A DNA stretch of 61,351 nt, from the sequence record SRR2962707_4944; one strand, written 5' to 3'. Positions 30,806 through 40,189 of this stretch are shown here, piece after piece (position 1 is the stretch's first letter; each line of letters starts with the position of its first letter). Made by a program: the position numbers and the translations under genes. The notes under the pieces are model-generated. The model saw only the letters and a list, made by a program, of their open reading frames with translations, did not search any database and was not told the DNA's origin.

Positions 30806-31131
30806 TCGATAGCCCGACATTTTGGTTCCTGACGGTGCTTCTTGGAATTGGCACCTTTCTGATCCGGTTTTCATTTCTGGGATTTTTTGGTGGAAAGAAT
30901 TTGCCCGATTGGGCGCTGCTACATCTGCGCTATGTTGGTGTTGCAATTTTTCCTGCCTTGTTCACGCCTCTGATCCTTTGGCCGGACGCCACAGATGGGG
31001 TGTTCGATCCGATCCGATTGGTCGCCGCGATTGCCGCTTTTGCCGCTGGCTGGAAAATCAACGTTATCGCTGCCATCTTCGCCGGGATGGGGACACTCTA
31101 TCTGTTACAATTCCTGAAAAGCCTCATCTAA
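30802..31131 (+). CDS. azlD: AzlD-family small subunit
   Basis: GTFLIRFSF, LRYVGVAIFPAL; ATGA overlap with azlC. Confidence 0.85.
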   Translation: MIDSPTFWFLTVLLGIGTFLIRFSFLGFFGGKNLPDWALLHLRYVGVAIFPALFTPLILWPDATDGVFDPIRLVAAIAAFAAGWKINVIAAIFAGMGTLYLLQFLKSLI

Positions 31132-31145
31132 GAAAGAGCCACGCC

Positions 31146-31843
31146 ATGATCGAAGAACCCCCACTGCTGCGCATTCGCAAAAGCGCCCCCCGCCCAACGG
31201 CGGCCAGATTTCCGCATTTCAGGGCGTTCCAACAAGTTTTGTCGCGGATGCCTTGGGGGGCTCGGGTGCATTGGGCGGCCAAGTTGGTCCCATTGGAGAC
31301 GGGCGTGATCTTAACTGCGTTGCCGCAGGGCCTGCTCTAACCGCCGACAATGGCCCGGCTGACCTGTTGGCCACCCTGGCAGCGATCAAATTTGTCCAGC
31401 CTGGTGATATTGTTGTCGCCGGTGTCGCTGCGCATCAAGGATGTGCTTCTGCCGGGGACCGTGTCTGCGGAATGCTCAAGAATGCGGGCGCAGCCGGGTT
31501 CGTCACTGATGGCCCGATGCGTGATTATGCCGGCATAGTCGACGTCGGCCTACCCTGTTGGTGTACGGGCCTAAATCCGAATTCACCCTTTGGAAAAGGC
31601 CCCGGCACTGTGGGTCACAGCATTCAGATTGGCGGGCAGCATGTGTCGAGTGGCGACATGATCGTGGCCGATCGGGATGGCGTTGTTGTTGTGCCCTTCG
31701 ATCAAATTGACAACATCATTGCCCTATTGGCCGAGGTCACAAAGGCCGAACTTGCCCTAGATGCAGAAGTGCGCGACGGGCTTGTCGTCCCAGCCAACAT
31801 AGAAGAGCTGCTTAACAGCGATCAGATCTCGTTCACCGACTAA
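31146..31843 (+). pseudogene. RraA/HMG-aldolase family gene with a frameshift near codon 20 (or a sequencing error)
   Basis: MIEEPPLLRIRKSAPRPTAA from ATG 31146 continues in another frame as QISAFQGVPTSFVADALGG...GPALTA...DGPMRD...GDMIVADRDGVVVVP; one base is missing at about 31201-31206. Confidence 0.75.
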
Positions 31844-31866
31844 AAAAGAAAAGCGCGTTTGATCTG

Positions 31867-32766
31867 CTAAGCCTTTTCGTCAAAGGCGCTTTTTACTCCG
31901 GCACTTTCCTGCGTTTTGAAAATGCTGCTGGTATCCGGTGCGGGCGGCAAAGGAAGGATCACTGGCACGTCGGCAAGTTTAGGTGTCGTACACCGGTCAC
32001 CCGTGGCCATGCGCCCTTCTAGATCGTCCCACAGATCCTGCTGGTTCAAAGAATGGAAGTATGAGTTCGACCCAACCAGCGGCCAAGCATGCGCTGCGGC
32101 CATTTCATAAAACAGGATCAACCTGTTGCGGTCGCTCAGATTTGGGGCAGAGCCATGTAGAGTCCGCACATGGTGCACCGTCATGCTCCCTGCCTTTCCG
32201 GTCAGCGTGACGATCTTGTCTTTCTCAAAAAGCGGATCTTCGGGATCAATGGCGCCTGCAAAAACCCCGTTTTTGTGATGGCTTAAAATTGGCCCCTTGT
32301 GCGTCCCTGGAACCACCAAAAGTGGTCCGTTGTCTTCGGTCACGTCTTCAAGCATCAACCCAAAGGCCAACAATGAGTCATTGGTGTGGGGGTAAAACGC
32401 CCAGTCCTGATGCCACTCTACCGCGCGCCCGCCGCCCGGTGCCTTGGTGTTGAGTTTTGAGGTCAGGATTGTTGTATCCGGCCCCAAAAGATCGTTCAGG
32501 ACTTTGGTAACGCCGGAATTCGTTAGGATTTCCCAAAAATATGGATCTTGTTTGTGGGGGAGTTTGATCCGGGTCAGGCGCGGTTCTTCCGGTCCATGGC
32601 CCTGATCCAAATCATAGATGTCATTGCTGGTACTGACGTCGCGAGACTGATCCATCAAGCGATAGGTGATGTCCTGCATCTTGGCCAACTGATCCGCGGT
32701 GACCACGTCTTCGACCATCAAGTAGCCATTTTCCTGGAAAAAGTTCTTCTGTTCGGCGGTTAACAT
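31867..32766 (-). CDS. PhyH-family Fe(II)/2-oxoglutarate dioxygenase
   Basis: FQENGYLMV, WHQDWAFY, NGPLLVVPGTH, LHGSAPN, RNR; AGAGGAG RBS. Confidence 0.85.
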   Translation of the reverse strand: MLTAEQKNFFQENGYLMVEDVVTADQLAKMQDITYRLMDQSRDVSTSNDIYDLDQGHGPEEPRLTRIKLPHKQDPYFWEILTNSGVTKVLNDLLGPDTTILTSKLNTKAPGGGRAVEWHQDWAFYPHTNDSLLAFGLMLEDVTEDNGPLLVVPGTHKGPILSHHKNGVFAGAIDPEDPLFEKDKIVTLTGKAGSMTVHHVRTLHGSAPNLSDRNRLILFYEMAAAHAWPLVGSNSYFHSLNQQDLWDDLEGRMATGDRCTTPKLADVPVILPLPPAPDTSSIFKTQESAGVKSAFDEKA

Positions 32767-32919
32767 CAAATTCTCCTCTGGCAATGGGATTAGACTGAAA
32801 GTCACGCACTTGGGCATGGCTGTCCTTGTGGGCGCATCTTTGCAGAACCGAGCAATTTCGATGGGGTTGTCAAAGCCGCAGCGCACTGACCACAAAGGCC
32901 ACGCGCTGCGGCTTACAGT

Positions 32920-33843
32920 TTAGTCTTTGTTTGCCGCGACGATGTCCGCGATATTCAAACCGTTCAGCTCTCCGATATGATCACCAAGCATGGGCACATA
33001 ATGCCCCCCCTTCCCCACAGCCTCAGCCTGGGCAAAGTAATTCCGGATTGCTGCGCCCATTGGGTTAAACACGCCGTTTGCCGTCGCCATGTTGGCCGCA
33101 TAGCGCACGTCTTTTGAGGCGTTTGCGATGGTGAACAAATGCACCTGATCATCCCGCTCACAGGTGTATTTCATGAACGTCTCAAAGAACCCGTTGTTTA
33201 AACGACTGGATCCAATCACATCATTGATCGATTGCGGTGACAATCCAACCTTTGCCCCAAGAGAGATTGCTTCGCCGTACAAGGCTGCATAGCCCATACT
33301 GATGAAATTCATGATCAATTTCATTTTATGCGCAGCGCCAACAGGACCAACATGGTTGATGTTTCCGGCCCAACACTCAATTAACGGCATGACCTTGGCA
33401 AGGGTCTCGGCATCGCCGCCAACCATCGCGTCCAATGTACCGGCTTCCGCCTCTTTTGGGGTGCGGCCCAACGGGGCATCGACCATCCCCATACCAGCGG
33501 CCGCCAGTTCTGCGGCCAAAGCTTCGGTAGAATTGGGATCCGCTGTGGTCGCATCCACCACAATAAGCCCGGGCTTCCCGCCCGCCAAAATACCATCAGC
33601 ACCGCGAATGATCTCTTCGACCTGAGGGGAATTTGACAGACAAATGTGAATGATATCACAGGCTTCGGCCATTTCTTTTGGGCTTGCGGCTTCTGTTGCA
33701 CCCATAGACACCAAATTGTCGATCGGCACCCGATTACGATTGCCTTTCACATAGAGCCTATAGCCATTCTGCAAAATATTCTTGGCCATGCCATGGCCCA
33801 TGTAGCCGACACCAATAAAGCCAATCACTGGTTTGTCTGTCAT
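32920..33843 (-). CDS. NAD(P)-dependent beta-hydroxyacid dehydrogenase
   Basis: GFIGVGYMG, VDAPLGRTP, KLIMN. Confidence 0.85.
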   Translation of the reverse strand: MTDKPVIGFIGVGYMGHGMAKNILQNGYRLYVKGNRNRVPIDNLVSMGATEAASPKEMAEACDIIHICLSNSPQVEEIIRGADGILAGGKPGLIVVDATTADPNSTEALAAELAAAGMGMVDAPLGRTPKEAEAGTLDAMVGGDAETLAKVMPLIECWAGNINHVGPVGAAHKMKLIMNFISMGYAALYGEAISLGAKVGLSPQSINDVIGSSRLNNGFFETFMKYTCERDDQVHLFTIANASKDVRYAANMATANGVFNPMGAAIRNYFAQAEAVGKGGHYVPMLGDHIGELNGLNIADIVAANKD

Positions 33844-33867
33844 ATTCGGTCCTCCCAAACCAAAGAT

Positions 33868-34629
33868 TTACAAGCAGGCGGTGATCCCACCGTCTACAAA
33901 GAGCGTGTGCCCGTTCACAAAGCTGGACGCCGGTGCAGACAGGAATATGCAAGCGCCAACCAATTCGTCGATATTGCCCCAACGGCCCGCTGGTGTCCGG
34001 TTTTCCAACCAAGCGCTGAATTCCGGATTAGCCACAAGCGCTGCGTTCAGCGGCGTGTCAAAATAGCCGGGCGCAATCGCGTTGCAGTTCAACCCCAAAG
34101 GCGCCCAATCGGTGGCCATACCTTTGGTGAGGTTGGCAACAGCCCCTTTGGTCGCCGTGTAAGGCGCAATACCCGGACGGGCCATAGAGGTCTGAACGCT
34201 GGCAATGTTAATGATACGGCCTTGTCCCCGCTCGATCATGTGCCGAGCGACCGCCTGTCCAACATTGAAAACAGAGGTGACGTTGGTCGCCATCAGCTTT
34301 TCAAACATCTCATGCGGAAAATCATGCAATACCGTACGGTGCTGCATGCCCGCGTTATTCACAAGAATGTCGATCGCTCCGTTCTCGGCTTCGAACCCGT
34401 CAATCGCGGCCCGCACGCCGGCGTGATCTGTCACGTCAAATGACAGCTCGTGCACTGTGTGCCCGGCATCGCGCAACGTCGCGGCGGCCTCAGCCAACCG
34501 TTCCTGATTGCGGGCGTTCATCACGATTGCGGCTCCGGCTTCCGCCAGACCTTTGGCCAAAGCATAGCCAATCCCCATCGACGACCCAGTTACCAAGGCC
34601 GTACGACCGGTTAAATCAAAGAGCTTCAT
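33868..34629 (-). CDS. idnO: gluconate 5-dehydrogenase (SDR)
   Basis: FDLTGRTALVTGSSMGIG, NNAGMQHR, SVQT.MARPGIAPYTATKG, IAPGYF, RTPAGRWG. Confidence 0.85.
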   Translation of the reverse strand: MKLFDLTGRTALVTGSSMGIGYALAKGLAEAGAAIVMNARNQERLAEAAATLRDAGHTVHELSFDVTDHAGVRAAIDGFEAENGAIDILVNNAGMQHRTVLHDFPHEMFEKLMATNVTSVFNVGQAVARHMIERGQGRIINIASVQTSMARPGIAPYTATKGAVANLTKGMATDWAPLGLNCNAIAPGYFDTPLNAALVANPEFSAWLENRTPAGRWGNIDELVGACIFLSAPASSFVNGHTLFVDGGITACL

Positions 34630-34661
34630 TCTTCCTCCAATAGGGCAATTTCACTGCTTGC

Positions 34662-34681
34662 AAAAATGGTATACCATTTTT
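34662..34681. promoter_or_regulatory. GntR/FadR-type operator, site 4
   Basis: Perfect 20-bp palindrome AAAAATGGTATACCATTTTT between divergent idnO and idnD. Confidence 0.8.
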
Positions 34682-34728
34682 ACTGTGTTGCAAACCGAGT
34701 CCTTTGGACCGGCAAGGAGGATCACGAC

Positions 34729-35763
34729 ATGCAAGCCCTATTCGCCTATGGCCCCCGCGACTTGCGGCTGGAAGACGCTGCGCCCCAGCCATTGGGCGCG
34801 GGACAAGTTGGCATCGCCGTCGCGCGAGGCGGCATCTGCGGATCGGATTTGCACTACTTCAATCACGGTGGATTTGGTGACGTCCGGCTGAAAGAACCGA
34901 TGGTTCTGGGACATGAGGTCTCGGGCATTGTGACAAACGTAGGAGACGAGGTCAGCGATCTGTCCGAAGGCGATTTGGTGGCCGTTTCGCCATCACGTCC
35001 CTGTGGAACCTGTGACTATTGCCAGCGGGGTCTGGCTAATCACTGCCTCAACATGCGGTTTTATGGATCGGCGATGCCCTTCCCTCACATTCAGGGCGCC
35101 TTTCGTCAAAACCTTGTGGCGAATGCCTCTCAATGTGTGAAAGCAAACGGCCTCACACCGGGACAGGCGGCAATGGCAGAACCCTTGTCAGTTTGCTTGC
35201 ATGCCATACGCCGCGCAGGCTCTTTGCTCGGCAAGCGCGTGCTGGTCACGGGATGCGGACCGATTGGGGTTCTTGCGATTTTATCGGCCCGGCGCGCCGG
35301 TGCCTCGGAAATCATCGCAACCGACATCACCGACCGCGCTTTGGGATATGCCAAGACCGCCGGTGCGGATGTCACGTTAAACACCTTGACCGAGGGGGAT
35401 GCTTTGTCGACCTACGCCGCCGGAAAGGGACAGGTTGACGTCTTGCTCGAATGCTCCGGTGCGCAGCCTGCCTTGGTTGCCGCGATTGACACGATCCGAC
35501 CGCAGGGTGTGATTGTCCAACTTGGGATGAGTGGAGACATGTCCCTGCCCATGATGAAAATTACAGCTAAGGAACTGGAACTGCGAGGCTCTTTCCGTTT
35601 CCATGAAGAGTTCGCAACCGCCGTGAAATACATGCAAAAGGGTTTGATCGACGTCACCCCTTTGATCACGCATGAATTCAATATCAGAGACTTTCAAGAA
35701 GCTTTTGAGACAGCAAGCGACAAATCCAAGTCGATGAAAGTCCATTTGGAGTTTTCGGCGTGA
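34729..35763 (+). CDS. idnD: L-idonate 5-dehydrogenase (Zn-dependent MDR)
   Basis: GGICGSDLHYFNHGG, LGHE, PCGTCDYC..G..NHC, FYGSAMPFPHIQG, GSFRFHEEF. Confidence 0.88.
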   Translation: MQALFAYGPRDLRLEDAAPQPLGAGQVGIAVARGGICGSDLHYFNHGGFGDVRLKEPMVLGHEVSGIVTNVGDEVSDLSEGDLVAVSPSRPCGTCDYCQRGLANHCLNMRFYGSAMPFPHIQGAFRQNLVANASQCVKANGLTPGQAAMAEPLSVCLHAIRRAGSLLGKRVLVTGCGPIGVLAILSARRAGASEIIATDITDRALGYAKTAGADVTLNTLTEGDALSTYAAGKGQVDVLLECSGAQPALVAAIDTIRPQGVIVQLGMSGDMSLPMMKITAKELELRGSFRFHEEFATAVKYMQKGLIDVTPLITHEFNIRDFQEAFETASDKSKSMKVHLEFSA

Positions 35764-36362
35764 TCACTTTCGCTCTTGCGGTCGTCTTTCTGATCATCAC
35801 CCCCGGACCGGGAGTTTTGTCGACGGCGGGCGTTGGCTCTGGCTATGGGTTTCAAGCTGGATTGCGGTATGTCGCCGGGCTTTTCATTGGCACCAATCTG
35901 GTCGCCTTAGCAGTTATCACAGGCTTGGCCGCCATCGTTCTGAGCACCCCTTTGGTACGGGATGTCTTGATGGTGCTGTCAGTGCTCTATCTGCTGTATC
36001 TCGCCGGAAAGATTGCCTTCGCCGGATCAAAGATCGGCTTTATCGCTGCGAAATCTGCTCCGGGCATTCTGAACGGGATTACCCTGCAAGCGATCAATCC
36101 CAAAGCCTATGCGGTGAACACAGCCCTGATTACCGGGTTTGCCTTTGCCCCTGGCAATCTTGTCCTTGAGACAATCACAAAACTGACCATCATGAATTGC
36201 ATCTGGATTCCGATCCACTTGGCCTGGCTTTGGGCCGGTGTTGCACTTCATCGCCTGGATTTACCCCCCTCCACTCAACGACTGATAAACTTTGGCATGG
36301 CATTCTCGATGTTATGCGTGGTCGCCTTGGCCGTTTTCTCTGCAACCAAACCCTCTGGATGA
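35760..36362 (+). CDS. LysE-family translocator
   Basis: ITPGPG, LQAINPKAY. Confidence 0.85.
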   Translation: MITFALAVVFLIITPGPGVLSTAGVGSGYGFQAGLRYVAGLFIGTNLVALAVITGLAAIVLSTPLVRDVLMVLSVLYLLYLAGKIAFAGSKIGFIAAKSAPGILNGITLQAINPKAYAVNTALITGFAFAPGNLVLETITKLTIMNCIWIPIHLAWLWAGVALHRLDLPPSTQRLINFGMAFSMLCVVALAVFSATKPSG

Positions 36363-36370
36363 ACAAACTT

Positions 36371-37291
36371 ATGACCCTATCTACCCCCTACACCGGAATA
36401 TGGCCCGTCGCCCCGACCCCTTTCCATGCGAACGGCGCAATTGATGTCGATGGCATGAAGCGTGTACTGGACTGCATGATCGATCAGGGCGTCGACGGCA
36501 TTTGCCTGCTTGCGAACTTTTCCGAACAATTTCTGATCTCGGATGAAGAACGTGCGACACTGACTCGTGTGTCGCTTGAGCATGTCGCCGGCCGGGTGCC
36601 CGTGATCGTGACAATCAGCCATTATGCCACGCCTATTGTTGTTGAGAGAGCGCAATTCGCCAAGGATCTGGGCGCCGCGATCGTAATGATGATGCCCCCC
36701 TACCATGGTGCATTGATGAAGGGCACAGCGGAACAGACCTTTGAACAATTCGCCGCTGTTGGCGAAGTGGGCATTCCGATCATGCTGCAAGATGCGCCGC
36801 TGTCCGGTGTCGATCTGCCGGTCCCTTTGTTGGTCAAGATGGCGCAAGAGATCGAGATGCTGAAGCTGTTCAAGATTGAATGCCCCATGGCCGCCAACAA
36901 GTTGCGCACGTTGATCGCAACCGGCGGTGATGCGATCGAGGGCCCTTTCGATGGCGAAGAGGCCATCACTCTCTTGGCTGATCTGGATGCCGGATGCACG
37001 GGCACCATGACCAGCGCGATGATCCCGGATCTGATCGGCCCGATTGTGCGCGATTTCCTGGCTGGCAACCGTCAGGCGGCTGTCGACGGCTACGCGCGCG
37101 TGCTGCCAGTGGTGAACCACGAGAACCGTCAATGCGGTTTCCGTTCTGCGAAAGCCGCAATGATGGAAGGCGGCGTGATCGAGTCCGACTTCTGCCGTCA
37201 TCCAATCCCGCCCTTGCACCCCGACACCAAGGCGTTGTTGCTTGAGCTGTTGCGCCCTCTTGATCCGCTCGTACTGCGGTGGGGGAAATGA
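36371..37291 (+). CDS. DHDPS/NAL-family enzyme (L-2-keto-3-deoxyarabonate dehydratase-like)
   Basis: GIWPVAPTPF, LANFSEQF, MPPYHGA, QDAP, FKIE, DGEEAITL. Confidence 0.8.
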   Translation: MTLSTPYTGIWPVAPTPFHANGAIDVDGMKRVLDCMIDQGVDGICLLANFSEQFLISDEERATLTRVSLEHVAGRVPVIVTISHYATPIVVERAQFAKDLGAAIVMMMPPYHGALMKGTAEQTFEQFAAVGEVGIPIMLQDAPLSGVDLPVPLLVKMAQEIEMLKLFKIECPMAANKLRTLIATGGDAIEGPFDGEEAITLLADLDAGCTGTMTSAMIPDLIGPIVRDFLAGNRQAAVDGYARVLPVVNHENRQCGFRSAKAAMMEGGVIESDFCRHPIPPLHPDTKALLLELLRPLDPLVLRWGK

Positions 37292-38433
37292 TCCTGGCAA
37301 CAACGGATGCAAATGCGACCCTCGTTGGCCGTGTTTGGCAACCCGACGTTGGCCCCTGCTTGGTAGCCCTGCGGGCTGGTGATGTCTTTGACATCACCAG
37401 TGCCGAGGTGCCGACCATGCACGACCTTCTCGAACTGACGGAGCCTGTGAGTTATGTGCGCGAAACACCGGGCACCAAGCTTTGCGCCCTGTCAGATTTA
37501 GAAGACACCCTTGCCGGACAGAGCAATGATCTGCGCTTTTTACCCCCCGCAGATTTTCAGGCGATCAAGGCCAGCGGGGTGACTTTCGCAGAGTCGATGG
37601 TCGAACGGGTCATCGAGGAACAAGCTGCAGGTGACGCCGACATGGCCCAGCACATTCGCGCCAAGGTTCAGTCCATCATCGGTGACAGCTTGTCCGGGAT
37701 CGAGCCTGGCTCTGCCAAGGCGATGGACGTCAAAGCCGTGTTGCAAGCCGAAGGCATGTGGTCACAATATCTAGAAGTTGGCATCGGCCCGGACGCCGAA
37801 GTTTTTACCAAGTGTCAGCCCATGGCTGCCGTCGGTTGGGGTGCGGATGTTGGGTTGCACCCGATCTCCAACTGGAACAATCCGGAACCCGAAATCGTTC
37901 TCGCCATCAACAGCCGTGGCGAAATCTTGGGCGCGACCCTTGGTAATGATGTCAATCTGCGCGACATCGAAGGACGGTCAGCCCTCTTATTGGGGAAGGC
38001 AAAAGACAACAACGCGTCTTGTTCCATTGGCCCTTTCTTGCGGCTTTTTGACGATCACTACAGCATGTCAGACGTCGAATGTGCCGAACTGACATTGGAT
38101 GTACAAGGCGAAGATGGCTTTGTAATGGAAGGTCATTCCTCGATGTCCAAGATCAGCCGACGTCCAGCCGACCTTGTTGCGCAAACCATTGGGCGCCACC
38201 ATCAGTACCCAGACGGTTTCTTTTTGTTCCTCGGAACCTTGTTCGCACCAATCAAAGACCGGGACACCCCAGGTCAAGGCTTTACGCATAAGATCGGTGA
38301 CGTTGTCACAATCTCTGAGCCGAAACTGGGCAGTTTGCGCAATTCAGTCCGGCTTTCGACGCAATGCCCCGAATGGACATTTGGAACGACAGCTTTGATG
38401 CGAAATCTCGCAGGTCGGGGGTTGCTTAAGTGA
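37288..38433 (+). CDS. FAH-family 2-keto-3-deoxy-pentonate dehydratase (XylX-like)
   Basis: IKASGVTF..SMVERVIEE, WSQYLEVGIGPDAEVFTK, WNNPEPE, GNDVNLRDIEGRSALLLGKAKDN. Confidence 0.8.
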   Translation: MILATTDANATLVGRVWQPDVGPCLVALRAGDVFDITSAEVPTMHDLLELTEPVSYVRETPGTKLCALSDLEDTLAGQSNDLRFLPPADFQAIKASGVTFAESMVERVIEEQAAGDADMAQHIRAKVQSIIGDSLSGIEPGSAKAMDVKAVLQAEGMWSQYLEVGIGPDAEVFTKCQPMAAVGWGADVGLHPISNWNNPEPEIVLAINSRGEILGATLGNDVNLRDIEGRSALLLGKAKDNNASCSIGPFLRLFDDHYSMSDVECAELTLDVQGEDGFVMEGHSSMSKISRRPADLVAQTIGRHHQYPDGFFLFLGTLFAPIKDRDTPGQGFTHKIGDVVTISEPKLGSLRNSVRLSTQCPEWTFGTTALMRNLAGRGLLK

Positions 38434-39275
38434 AACCTTTTGATCAGACATCTTGTGAATTGGGCGAAGGACCGCTGTGGCATCCGGGTCGACAAAGCCT
38501 GATTTGGTTCGACATCAATGGCTGCAAGATGTTTGAAAAAGGTCAGGCGGGGCGGCAGGAATGGGCGTTTGAACGCCATGTCACTGCGGCGGGTTGGGTC
38601 GATGACATGACTCTTGTTGTTGCCGAAGAACAGGCGCTCCTGCGCTTTGATCTGAGCACCGGCTCCTTTGAAACGATATGCCCAATAGAAGCCGACAACC
38701 CCGTGACGCGATCCAACGATGGCCGGGCGGACCCATGGGGTGGGTTTTGGATCGGCACCATGGGCAAAAACATGGAAGCTCAGGCTGGCGCCATCTACCG
38801 CTATTACCGTGGAGAATTGCGCACGCTTTACCCCAATTGGACCATTCCAAACGCGACGTGCTTTAGTCCCGATCGACGATTTGCCTATTTCACGGACACC
38901 CCTGTTGGGATTATTTGGCGGGTGGCACTGGACAGCAAAGATGGCTGGCCAAAGGACACGCCCGAAGCATTTATCACCTTTCCAGCAAACAACTATCGGC
39001 CTGATGGCGCCATTATTGATGCGGAGGGGCATATGTGGTGCGCACATTTTGGCCATAGTAAGATCACGCGACATACCCCGGATGGCCGCGAAGTGGAGAG
39101 CATCCCTGTTCCGGCAACACAAGTTACCTGCCCTGCTTTTGGCGGACCTAATCTTGATCAGTTGTTCGTCACAACAGCGTCCAAAACCCTTAATGGCCCG
39201 TTAGGGCTAGCAGGCCAGACATTTGTCAGTCAAAAGTCTGTTAAAGGGCAATCGGAACAAAGAGTACTTCTATGA
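38430..39275 (+). CDS. SMP-30/gluconolactonase family sugar lactonase
   Basis: LGEGPLW, RSNDGRAD..GGFWIGTM, PDG, TCPAFGG. Confidence 0.88.
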   Translation: MKPFDQTSCELGEGPLWHPGRQSLIWFDINGCKMFEKGQAGRQEWAFERHVTAAGWVDDMTLVVAEEQALLRFDLSTGSFETICPIEADNPVTRSNDGRADPWGGFWIGTMGKNMEAQAGAIYRYYRGELRTLYPNWTIPNATCFSPDRRFAYFTDTPVGIIWRVALDSKDGWPKDTPEAFITFPANNYRPDGAIIDAEGHMWCAHFGHSKITRHTPDGREVESIPVPATQVTCPAFGGPNLDQLFVTTASKTLNGPLGLAGQTFVSQKSVKGQSEQRVLL

Positions 39276-40177
39276 CAAAAAAACAGTTTTTAGCACTTGG
39301 CGAATGCATGGTCGAATTGGCTCCCGTTGAAGGTGATCTTTTCCGAATGGGCTATGCCGGCGACACGTTCAATACAGCGTGGTACGCGCGCCAACTTCTG
39401 GGCTCTGACTGGACTGTGAGTTACGGGACCTGCGTCGGACAAGACGCCGCGTCCCAAGGCATGATGGATTTCATGTCATCTGAAGACATCGATGTTTCCA
39501 CAATTCGTCAGGTGCCAGACCGCACCGTTGGTTTGTATTCCATTCAGCTAGAGGACGGAGAGCGCAGCTTTTCCTATTGGCGCGGACAGTCCGCGGCTAA
39601 ATTATTGGCGGATGATACTGCTTGGTTAGATGGCATATTGTCAGACGCGGACGTCATTCATTTTTCGGGCATCACACTCGCCATCTTGTCACCAGAAGCG
39701 CGCCTTGCCTTTTGCGCAGCAGTCGCCAAGGCACGAGCCGCAGGCAGCTATGTGGCGTTTGATACCAACCTACGCCCAAAACTTTGGGAAGACAAAGCCA
39801 CGATGAAAGCAGGCTTGGAAATGGGCGCCAGCGTCGCAGATTGCGTATTGCCCTCTTTTGACGAAGAGGAAGAATTGTTTGGCGACGCGTCCCCGGAAGA
39901 GACAATCACGCGATACCGTGCGACGGGTGCCAAAGTTATTGCCGTCAAAAATGGCGGCGATGCGCTGACCGTTTGGACCGAAGTATCTGGAATTCAGAGC
40001 TTCCAACCACTCAGCGTAAGCCCCGTCGACACGACCGCAGCAGGCGACAGCTTTGGCGCTGGAATGGTCTGCACCCTGTGTACAGATCAATCACCAGAGG
40101 CCGCAGCCCTGCAAGCAATGACCTTGGCCGCAAAGGTCATTCAAGCGCGTGGGGCGATTGTACGCGATATATTTTAA
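39272..40177 (+). CDS. kdgK: PfkB-family 2-keto-3-deoxygluconate kinase
   Basis: GECMVEL, AGDTFNTAWY, GERSFSYWR, DTNLRPKLW, DTTAAGDSF. Confidence 0.85.
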   Translation: MTKKQFLALGECMVELAPVEGDLFRMGYAGDTFNTAWYARQLLGSDWTVSYGTCVGQDAASQGMMDFMSSEDIDVSTIRQVPDRTVGLYSIQLEDGERSFSYWRGQSAAKLLADDTAWLDGILSDADVIHFSGITLAILSPEARLAFCAAVAKARAAGSYVAFDTNLRPKLWEDKATMKAGLEMGASVADCVLPSFDEEEELFGDASPEETITRYRATGAKVIAVKNGGDALTVWTEVSGIQSFQPLSVSPVDTTAAGDSFGAGMVCTLCTDQSPEAAALQAMTLAAKVIQARGAIVRDIF

Positions 40178-40189
40178 CGGGAGGAAACC

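Noticed and set aside
30822-31340. 172-aa ORF, and 31253-31843 as a standalone gene
   Set aside because: Both are pieces of the frameshifted RraA-like gene overlapping azlD
36377-37312. Long antisense ORFs (311 aa here; also 22814-23524, 33646-34443, 38274-39122, 53904-54776)
   Set aside because: They overlap well-supported genes on the opposite strand and carry no motifs; typical GC-rich shadows
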